From a virus (taxonomy: Duplodnaviria; Caudoviricetes): DNA of 49,768 bases. This document shows, piece by piece, positions 1 through 9,400 of this stretch; position 1 is the first letter of the stretch, and every line of letters starts with the position of its first letter. The DNA lies in IMG/VR virus record IMGVR_UViG_3300044818_000012, positions 1 through 49,768 of that record. One strand, written 5' to 3'. The notes beneath the pieces are model-generated. The model searched no databases and was not told the origin of the DNA. It saw nothing but the letters and a program-made list of their open reading frames with translations. The position numbers were made by a program, and so were the translations under genes.

Positions 1-2
1 AA

Positions 3-533
3 GCGCTGGAATCTCAGATTCAAGCCAAAGGTCTAACCACTGCCCCGCGTGTCACACCGGCCGCGCTGGAAGCCATGATCAAGACCACTGAGCTGATTAA
101 GATCGAACCTTCGATCCTGCTCTGCGTCCTGACCCTGCACAACGGCCTCACAGTCGTCGGCAAGAATCTGGGTAGCGTCTCTCCGGAGAATTACGACGAA
201 GGTCTGGCCAAGCAACTGGCAATGCGTGATGCGCGTGACCAATTGTGGCCGCTGGCCGGCTTTATGTTGGCTGAAGACATCCACCGCGGTAACCGCCCAC
301 TGACTCAGGAACAGCGCGAGCTTCCTGACCATGTACAGCGCGTTATCACCGAGATGTATCAGGTTGCCGCTCGTCTGATGGGTTTATCTGAATTCCTCGC
401 GAAACTGGACGCCGGCTTACTTGTGGGCTTGAATATGGCAGAAGACGAAGTCTCTGACCTACGCAAGCAACATGGCTTGATGTCCGGTTACGTTGAAGTG
501 CTTCAGCAACGTCTTTCACGCGCTGGCGTGTAA
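3..533 (+). CDS. N4 gp49/Sf6 gp66-family protein, 5' truncated by the window edge
   Basis: The frame is open from nt 3 (ALESQIQAKGLTTAPRVTP...). Family motifs are LCVLTLHNGLTVVG...SPENYD...LWPLAGF, followed by a helical C-terminal domain. Confidence 0.7.
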   Translation, partial: ALESQIQAKGLTTAPRVTPAALEAMIKTTELIKIEPSILLCVLTLHNGLTVVGKNLGSVSPENYDEGLAKQLAMRDARDQLWPLAGFMLAEDIHRGNRPLTQEQRELPDHVQRVITEMYQVAARLMGLSEFLAKLDAGLLVGLNMAEDEVSDLRKQHGLMSGYVEVLQQRLSRAGV

Positions 534-1102
534 TGGCTCGTCTGACTGTCGCTGGGCATGATCCTTCCTCACGGAATTGGGGCATTGCTGGCGGCACACT
601 CGACACCGACACCGGTATCGTGACCATCAAGACTCTCCGGGTAGTGCGGTCTGAATCGCTCGAAGGAAAGCAGGTGCGGCAGAATTCTCAAGATCTGCGC
701 ACGGCAAACCAGTTATATGAGGGCGTGGCTCCTTTCATGGCAGCGAGCTTAAACTTCGCCGAGATTCCGCAAGGTAGTCAAAGCGCCCGCGCCTCGCTCT
801 GTTCTGGCATCTGCATTGGAGTTTTGGGTGGTCTACGTGCCAAGTCCCAGTTCTTTGAAGTAACGCCCAACGAGGTCAAACTTGCGACTGTTGGCAGCCG
901 TACGGCAACCAAAAAGCAAATGATCGAGTGGGCTGTAGCAAAACACCCAGAAGCTCCATGGCCCTGGAAACCCAATGGGGACATCCTTCTTGGGGACGCC
1001 GAACACATGGCTGACGCCATCGGCGCGATTTATGCCGGTCTTCGTACAGACCAGTACAAACAACTCATTCAATTCCATAAAGGAACCGTACCATGCAACT
1101 GA
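533..1102 (+). CDS. RuvC-like Holliday junction resolvase
   Basis: RNase H-fold acidic motifs GHDPS, FAEIP, EVTPNEVK...ATKKQMIEWA and EHMADA. Confidence 0.8.
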   Translation: MARLTVAGHDPSSRNWGIAGGTLDTDTGIVTIKTLRVVRSESLEGKQVRQNSQDLRTANQLYEGVAPFMAASLNFAEIPQGSQSARASLCSGICIGVLGGLRAKSQFFEVTPNEVKLATVGSRTATKKQMIEWAVAKHPEAPWPWKPNGDILLGDAEHMADAIGAIYAGLRTDQYKQLIQFHKGTVPCN

Positions 1103-1449
1103 TCCTCACTCACGCTGACCTCGAAGCTGCTCTGATCAACGACCTGCGTGCCAAAGGCATGACTGCGTTCGAACCGGGCAAAGCCTCCGTTGAATTCAGC
1201 TTCAAGCGCGGCACCAAAGAACTGGTCTGCATTCTGGACACCGAAGCGAAAGCTGAAGCCCCTGAAGCCCCAAAGCAATCCGTCGTGACCCCAGCCGCGA
1301 CTACCTCTGCACCGGTTGCCCAAGCCCCGGAAATTGCACCAGTCGAGGTTGCCGAAGAGCCTGCGTATGTTGCTCCGGTAGCCGAGACTGTAGCTACCAC
1401 GGCTGAGCTGGAAACTGCCGGTGGCGACGACGACAACCTGTTCGACTGA
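1093..1449 (+). CDS. hypothetical protein with Ala/Pro-rich linker and acidic C-terminus
   Basis: AAGGA RBS, phage-like codon usage, ends DDDNLFD. Confidence 0.7.
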   Translation: MQLILTHADLEAALINDLRAKGMTAFEPGKASVEFSFKRGTKELVCILDTEAKAEAPEAPKQSVVTPAATTSAPVAQAPEIAPVEVAEEPAYVAPVAETVATTAELETAGGDDDNLFD

Positions 1450-1491
1450 TCCTGCACGCCCCAGGCAACTGGGGCAAACCAGAGGTAGAAC

Positions 1492-1953
1492 ATGTATCAG
1501 CAGCCCGATACACAAGCCCGCAAGCGCCATTGGTTCCTTGCGGTGTGGTCTGTCCCTCAGGTCGGCTCTTATATGCCGGCCAGTGCGTACGTATGGTCTG
1601 ACAAGCGCAGCCTCACCATCCCTCAACTGACCGCGGCTAAAGAGCAGCGCAAGTTGGGCGAAGGGGCTGTGTTGGTCAATGTGGCCTATGTGGGCTTCAT
1701 GACTCAGTACGAACTGACCGGCACTTCACCGGAGCCAGTACCGACGGCGACAACCGCAGCTTACAACCTTGGTTTGGAGCAGGCACTTGCTTCCCCGAAC
1801 CCTTCACAACTGGTCAACGCCTTCAATTTAGGCGATGACTTCAACCGCGCAGAATGGGAAGCGGGCGTAGCCCGTGGCCAAGACATGCGGAGCAGGATCC
1901 CGACAGCACCCATTCGTCTTGCGAATGGCACAATGCCGGTGACACTGGATTAA
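1492..1953 (+). CDS. hypothetical protein (C-terminal part weakly RMF-like)
   Basis: GAGG RBS, 153 aa, contains AYNLG...AEWEAG. Confidence 0.7.
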   Translation: MYQQPDTQARKRHWFLAVWSVPQVGSYMPASAYVWSDKRSLTIPQLTAAKEQRKLGEGAVLVNVAYVGFMTQYELTGTSPEPVPTATTAAYNLGLEQALASPNPSQLVNAFNLGDDFNRAEWEAGVARGQDMRSRIPTAPIRLANGTMPVTLD

Positions 1954-2826
1954 ACCAGTATAAAAATAGAGAGATATTGTGCGCAAAGTGGGACTCTCTA
2001 AATCACCCACTACCAGACCAAATTGTTGTATGTCTGAACCCGAGTATGAAATCGGCATGCGGTAAGGCATTAGCGCCTGCTGCTGAAAAACTCTACAAAG
2101 ATTTATGGGACGCAAGGGCTTAACCCGACTAGGGCACAGAGGTTTCAGTGCCTGGCCCGTTGCATTGGAAAAGGGGTAGCTATGTGGAAGTGCGAGGCCT
2201 CACTCGCTGGAGAACCACACACTTGATCCGTCACACCATGACCGGCAAGAGCAACCGTCCCACCCAAACCCTGACCCCGGGCAGGGGCTGCTGACCCGAC
2301 TGGCATATAGTCGGTATGTCTGTTCGAACATAAGATCGAACCCAATATCGCCGTACGCGGTGGTATTGGGGAGCATTCATTTTGGGCATCAGAAACGCTG
2401 TCGCGACAGCAGGTACAGAAACAATGGATGAATGCTCCCCAATGCCTCCTAGGGCATTATTAACTGACAGATCAGGAAACATGGGGCAAGTAAGCCCCAA
2501 CGTTTGGTATTTATCTGAAATGTGGTACGCGAGCGAGCAAGTTAGCCGCAATTGCGTTCCCCTTACCGCTGATGGGAAGGGGTTATCGAAGCACAGCACA
2601 ACATATCGAACGTCGAAGTCCGGTATGCACAAACAAGCAAGTTTGTGACTAACAACCTATAAACTTGAAAGTTGGTAACTTTCCCAGATCATTATCCCCG
2701 CAAGCTGACTCTTTGGAGAGGTTTGCATTTGGATGGTGTTCTGGTGGTACATCTGCCACTCTGAATGAGTGTTGCCATGGGAAGCGACGGCAGATGTACT
2801 TCCAGAACACCCACCAACAGAAGGAA
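1954..2826 (+). ncRNA. candidate large structured non-coding RNA or leader
   Basis: No convincing ORF. More than 10 inverted repeats, many with G-U pairs when read on the + strand, and a UACG tetraloop at 2354-2357. Confidence 0.5.
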
Positions 2827-2832
2827 TGCAAT

Positions 2833-3174
2833 ATGTGCCGAATCTGTAATGAAGCTCTGCTTGCAAACGCTCAAGCAGCGAATATGCTGGCAGAAGCTGC
2901 AAAGATGCTTTACGACATCAATCGCAGCACCGAATCCGCTATTCTGGCGAAAGCTGCTGCGAAACTGTTCGAAGAACCTAAAGTCTCCGGCGAAACCGGC
3001 GATGCTTCGCCGAATGCCTCTAAAGGTTCGCCGGAAGCTGACAAACCCCAGGCTGCTACAGCTACCGCACCTAAAGGCAAAGGTTGGCACATTGATCCTA
3101 CGGACGGTACTTTGTACCTAGACGATCAAGCAATCGCACGAGCCGTGATCATCAAACCACCAGTACAGCATTGA
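2833..3174 (+). CDS. hypothetical protein (N-terminal CxxC)
   Basis: AAGGA RBS before ATG 2833, giving MCRICNE... (113 aa). The longer 2665 start runs through the structured region. Confidence 0.7.
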   Translation: MCRICNEALLANAQAANMLAEAAKMLYDINRSTESAILAKAAAKLFEEPKVSGETGDASPNASKGSPEADKPQAATATAPKGKGWHIDPTDGTLYLDDQAIARAVIIKPPVQH

Positions 3175-3380
3175 TCCGGGCAGCTCGGCTGATTCTAGGG
3201 ATATTCTTCGGGATCGGCGCGCTGCTCGCCTTGCTTACGACATTTGTTGTGTTCGGGTACGTATTCAAGATCATTGCCTTCTTGGGGGCATTGCTTTGCG
3301 TACTTGTCTTCATTGTCTTTCTGATTTGGGCAGCGATCAAAGAGTTCGTGTTTGACGCAAGAAAAAAGCCTCCCAAGTAG
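3171..3380 (+). CDS. small membrane protein with two predicted TM helices
   Basis: 69 aa, almost entirely hydrophobic with a basic C-tail. TTGA overlap with the upstream stop. Confidence 0.65.
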   Translation: MIRAARLILGIFFGIGALLALLTTFVVFGYVFKIIAFLGALLCVLVFIVFLIWAAIKEFVFDARKKPPK

Positions 3381-3394
3381 GAGGCTTTTCTTTT
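3362..3394. terminator. bidirectional intrinsic terminator
   Basis: AAAAGCCTCC-CAAGTA-GGAGGCTTTT flanked by A and T tracts, between convergent genes. Confidence 0.8.
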
Positions 3395-3478
3395 ATGGGG
3401 GCAGTTCAGAGGAACATCACCAACCGCTCCATGGAAGTGGTTGGTGAACAGGCGTTCGTTGCGTCTAGCCTCCTCCTA

Positions 3479-6400
3479 TTACAACAGTTTGATTGCCGGA
3501 AGCTCTTTCAACGAGCCGAGGTAACCAAGTGCACCATCTTGCAGCGGATTGTTACCAATCTTCTGCGTCCAGCTAGAATCCATTACCGACTGCAAACCAG
3601 ACATGTAATGCTCAAGAGCTACCATGATCAGGCCGCGAGCTGGACGATCTTTCACCAAACGCATGATTACCTTCTGAATCCGCAGGTAATACTTGGTGAA
3701 CATCACAATACCCATATCATTGAGATATTGCAGGGTACGGTGCGACGGCAGATCGTAGTTCACGAAACTGTCTTCAGCGAGACGCAATGCGTCAGCTTTA
3801 CTCAGCGGATCTTTCCGGCGAGTCGTTGCGTGCTCATAGAGCGCATAACGAGCCACCAAGTCAGACAACTGAGTCGACTGACTCAAGAATTTGTACGTTG
3901 CGGTGTCATGAGTCATGTAGACCTGACGACCAACCGTACGCATCCATGCTGGCACCTTAGAAGTGAACCGTTCCACCTTACGCTCCAAGTGAGCCTTGTA
4001 GGTGTAACGATTGTCGTCAACTTCAACGTCTTCTACGATTGTCGGCATAAGTCCGGCATCAATCAGTGGTTTGATCGGGTTACGTGCCAAACGATCCCGC
4101 AATTCCACCATTTCCACCTCAGCCGCTTCAGTATTAGCGTAGTAGCCAATATCGACCGACTGCTGCAACTGCATCAGGCGTTTCGAATCCTTACGGTAGT
4201 CGATAGCACCTTTGATCGCGATTGCGTGCGAAGAGATTGCCTTCTGCAATGGAACACCTTCCCAAGCCAGCAATGTCATGTTGGACATGATGTTGCCTGC
4301 CAAAGTCATCACATTTTTCACAACGAGGATGTCTTTCATCTCTTTGACCAGTGCTTGCATGATGTCTTCAGCTTGACCGACGCGCAGAGCAGCTTTCTCA
4401 CCGAACATGGCAGAAGTGATACCCACAAGGGTCTTCTCCATCAAGTTACGGTCAGTTGGCAACGCTTGGAACGCATTGGTCAGGCTGAGCTTGCGATAGC
4501 CGAAAATCAGGTCGATTTGGTCAGCAGGCACGTACATCGCGTCTTCTTTCCACACCTTCTTGATTTCACGCTTGGTGCTTTCCGGCAGCAGGCGGTAGGC
4601 CTCGACCAGAGTTGCATCATTGCTATCCGCAGCCACGCGCAGGTACGAAGCCGGACGCGAGGTGTAATCAGCACGGTATTGGTCGTACATCGACCGAACC
4701 ACATCCGAGTTCTGCGCAGCAGACGAAACCTTGTCAGCAATCTGACCGGCCATGACTCCCATCACCTGATCCATCGAATTATCGCGGTCCAATAGGACAT
4801 CGCGGTTGTGTTCGACCATCAGGTGACGGTAGTCAGCTATGCGGCCGTCAGGCGCCAGGGTGGGGGCCATGTGCCCAGCTTGGGCATTGCGTGGGTCGTA
4901 ATTCGAACCCCGGGTGAACAAGTCAGCAATTGCCCCGGCTTTGGCCGCTGCAATCTGCTGGCGTACGGCAGCCGACGTAGTCTGCGTGCCCTGCATCATG
5001 TTCAGCGCTTCAGTGACCGGGCTGGAGCCTTTGGCGTTCATTCCGGTGAACGACATGGCGCCGGTCAACAGCGCGTTCTGTCCAGAGCCCCGACGGGTCA
5101 TCAGGACACGCGATCCGCCTTGCAGCGCCTTCACGTTCGGGTCCATCTGTAGGCGCGAGCCTACGACGTACCCTGCGCGTTGGTGTGCAGCCACGTCACG
5201 TTGATCGACCAGCAGCACTTCGATCTTGTTGTCGTGGATCTCAGCCACATAGCCGGTCTGTTGCAGTGCTTCGGTACCGGCGAACAGATCCTTGGTCGCC
5301 TTGGTTTGCAGGCCTGTGTGCAGCTTCAGCATGAACTCGACACCGTTACCACCGTCTTGACGGTTCATCTCGGTACGCAGCACTTGCTTCGCATTATTCA
5401 GGTCCACATCACCGGAGTAAGCCAGGGCATAAACACCCACCAACTGTTCCAGCAACGGCGTCAAACCAGCAATAAGATGAGCATCCTGCCCAGCTTTCTT
5501 GGTACCGTACATGGCCGCAATGTTGCCGGTCGACAGCATCAGGTTGGCCGAGGTCGAACCGCCGATTACCTTGTGGTGAGCCAGATCCTTGGTTTGGCTG
5601 ATCATGTACTGTGCGTTACGCGACAGGGCAGTGACCTGAGCCTCCAGATCAGCACGATACGCTACCATTTGCGCCGGATCTTCCATCAGATCGCGCAGCC
5701 CGGACACACCTTTCACCGCGGCGATTGCCTGAGCGTTGGTGCGCAGGAAGACCTTGGTCAGTGCGTTGCGTTGGTCCTGAGTCAGATCCTGACCTTGGTT
5801 TGCGAACGCTCCGTTCACAGCCGAGGCAGTGTTCTCGATCACCGCTTTACGCTCTTGCTCGATAGCCTTGGCACCTTTGAACAGCTCGGCAGCCAGACGC
5901 CGGGAGTCGTAGACACCACGCCATTCGCTGAGCAGGCCGATGGCCAGACCTTGACGACTCTTTTGATAGTGGTCGCGGGTCTTGGTGATGTGCTCCAGTA
6001 CGTCATCCAGACGGTCGCCGGCCAATGTCGAGATCGCCACACCCACAGCCGGCATGTTTGGAATACGCGAGTTACGGAAGAACTTCGATTTACCGAATGC
6101 CTCTGCTTTTTCGCGTACGGTTTCACCCGCTGCCGACAGTACCGATTCAATCTGGTCGAGGGAGCCCAGCTTGTCTTGGCCCATGCGTGCTTTACGCTTG
6201 GCTTCGATATCCACCAAATCTTCAACCAGCGTGCTCAGTGCTTGATTGCCGGCCATGCCCGGGGTGACCTTGGTCATCAGGAATGCCAGGCGCTGCATCA
6301 CACGGCGGAAGATTTCAGTCAACCGGCTGGCCCACGGCAGCTCTTTTAGTGGGGTTTCCAGATTCGCGGTCGAGAACGCCAACACGTTGCGAACTTCATC

Positions 6401-9400
6401 CGATGCCATACCCAATGCGGCAAAGCGCGACAGGTAAGCATTCTTGCTGGTGATCGCAGCCTTTGGGCGGAACACGAAGTCGAACTTCGCCTGAGCAATG
6501 TCCTTTTCACCTTGGCTTGCGGTAGCCCACACACCTTTGTGGAAGTTAGCCGGTTTCAGTGTAGCTCGCGCTTCATTGAACAGGTTTTCCAGCCCTTGGC
6601 GCACGAACAGTGTCTCTTTGTGCTCCATGGCAAAGGCTACGGTTGCTTCGACCGATTCCAGTACAAACGCTTCCTGTTGCGACAGGATAAAGGCATTGGT
6701 AGTCGCTTCCGAACTGAATGGCAGTTTGCCGGTGTTCACAGCCTTCAGGAACACATCCATTGGAGTCAGCGCACGGTTTGCCGACGCTTGCTCCTTGAAT
6801 GCACCGTAAGGGCCATAGACCGGGTCAACTGTTTCAGCCAGCAGGTTCTTCAGGTACTCAACGTGGCGAGCATCCGTCTTCACACCCGATACCGAAGCCA
6901 GTGCGTCAAACACTTGCTCGGCCGTCATGGCATTGATGTGATCGACCGCGTCTTCGTACTTGTGCGTCTTGGTAGCACGAGCATCGCGTACAGCGGCAGC
7001 TTCTTGGAACAAACCAGCAGCATTCGCTACCAAGTTAGCCATACCGTTATTTGCCGACACTTTGTTGTCGCCGAACAGCAGAGTGGTCAGCTTGCCGATG
7101 AAAGTCTTCAGACCGTCGAGGAAGCTGCGGTTACGCTGCGCTACTTGGATCTGCGACAGCACATCGCGCTGGAATGCTTTGTTGGTCAGACCCCATGCCA
7201 GCAGTTCGTGCACATTGGACGTGGCATTGCGGAAGCGTGCCGACATTTCACCGTTGTTGGCGATGAACTCATCAGCGATCTGCCGCAGGCTTTCCAGATC
7301 AGCTACTGCACGGCCGGCGACAGTATTGGCACCATTATGTTGGTCAACCAAGTTGGCCAGGGCAGCGTGTACCAGTTCGTGAGTCAACAACTCTGGAGTG
7401 ATACCCGATTCAACGAATTCAGGCGATTTGATGAACAATGCCTCGGTGCTGTTACGCTGTGCGTACCAACCACGGGATTTGTCCACACCTTCACCGAATG
7501 CGCCTTCAGGTCCAGTATCGGCGGTGATGTAGTTCACACGCACACCAGAAGGGATACCTTTCTTGGCCATTTGCAGCACAGTGCGCTGGAACGGGTCTTG
7601 AGAGTAGGCAACCAGCGAATCAATCAGGTTGTGTGCCGACAAGTTGGTACCCGACAGCAGTTCCACCAGATTCGAATCAGATTGCACCACAGGTGCACCC
7701 AACTGGCCCCACACCGACAGCTTCTCTTCAGACGCCGTGTTTACCGCGTTGATCACCTCAGCGGCTTGATGCTCAGGCAGAATCTGCACAGCATCGCCCA
7801 GTGTCCGGTTACCCGAAACCATGGAAGCAATTACCTGCTCAACTGCGTTGGTTTGCTCAAGCGAAACCAAGGTGTTGAGGGAAGTAGCCGGCGCCAGCGT
7901 AGTCACCGAAGAGTTGGCCAGCACAGCGCGTTGACCCGGCTGATACACAGCAGGATCGACAGCAGCAGCCACATCCAGCATTTCAGCAACCGATTCGGCG
8001 CCTTCATTGAACGAAGTACCCACTTCAGTCAATTTCTTGGATGCGGCTTCACGGTCTGCATCAGTTACCACGTACGAACCACCTTCAGTGGCGTACTGAC
8101 CGATTGCCTTGAGTTCAGCCATCATCGACAGTTTATCAGTGTCTGCCTGACGGGCAGTTTCACGGATAGCGGTCAGTTGTTGTGCAATGCCACCGCGTTT
8201 CTTCTCAGCACGCTGAATCATCTTCGCACGCAGCTTAGGCTGAATCAGTGCGGCCAGATCAGCGTTCTGCATCACTTTAGCGGTACCGGCCAGCACTTCA
8301 TCCAACATGTTGGACATAGCGGTCGGCGACGAGTAGTTCAGCAGGGTTTCGAAGGTAGCCTTGTTCAGTTCCTGGCCCACTTTCGCTACGTTGTTCAGAT
8401 CGACACCCAAGGCGTCGTGAACGTTCAGCGCTTCCATTTCACCGTAGACTGCCGAGGCAATCGCGGAGTCGGAAGAGTGAATCGAGGTAATGAACGGCAT
8501 TACGCCCGGATCAATGTCTTCAGTGCGAGTAGACGACACTTTCGACGAACCGATGCCTTGAAGTTGACCGTCCGGTGCAAGGGTATCCACCATAGCGCCG
8601 AAAGCGACTTCTTGCTCGTAAGGCAGCGAGGAATCCAGCTTACGCTGCGACTTCGCCATGTACATACCAGCTTCACGCTGATTAGCTGCCTGAGACATGG
8701 CAGTTTGCAGGATCGGCGCCATATCCCCCATCAGTGCATCGACTTGCGTCAATTGCTCTTTGGTCAGGGTACGAATTGCTTCACCAGCATTGTTACGTGC
8801 CACTCCTGCACTCGATCCTTCAACGAACTCGGTTACGCCTTCACGTACCGCGTTGAACAGGTCAAACGACAGTTGAGCGGTCTGGTTGATCACGTTACGA
8901 CGTGCAATGAACGTCGCGTAGTTATCAGCCAGGGCATCTTCGGTTGGTTTGCCCAGCAGCTCGTAGAACGACTTCTTCAGCGCAGTTTTCTGCTGTTCAG
9001 TCAGCTTGGTTTCCAAAGCACGCTCATAACCGGCATTTGCTGGCAAAGCAGCCTTTGGCAGACGCATTAGGGTGTTGACCGCAGCAAACAGTTCAGAGAT
9101 CGCAGCATTGTCACGTTTCGCAGCAGCATCTTCGATACGGCTGTAAATCGCTTCAACGAAACCATCAGCCATACCTTCTACGGCCGTTTTCGGGTTAGAG
9201 CCGAACATCAGTGCAGTCAGTGGCTTCTTGATGATGTTACGACCTTTGGAGGTCACGTTACCTTCAGCAGTTTGCAGTTGGCCGGTGATTACCTGCATGG
9301 CTTGCAACATGTTGACGTTGCGGCCTTGCAGACGGTTCAGCGCACCAGCAATGTTCGACTCGTACAGGTCGAGGTTGCCATCAACCGCATGGAAGTCATT

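Noticed and set aside
1977-2123. Possible 48-aa ORF with a TTG start
   Set aside because: Weak RBS and no recognisable motif. It cannot be excluded but is not supported well enough to call.
2284-2816. tmRNA or tRNA look-alike (GGGGCTG at 2284, CCACCA at 2811-2816)
   Set aside because: The two ends do not form an acceptor stem, and I found no T-arm consensus or tag reading frame. No tRNA cloverleaf was seen anywhere in the window.
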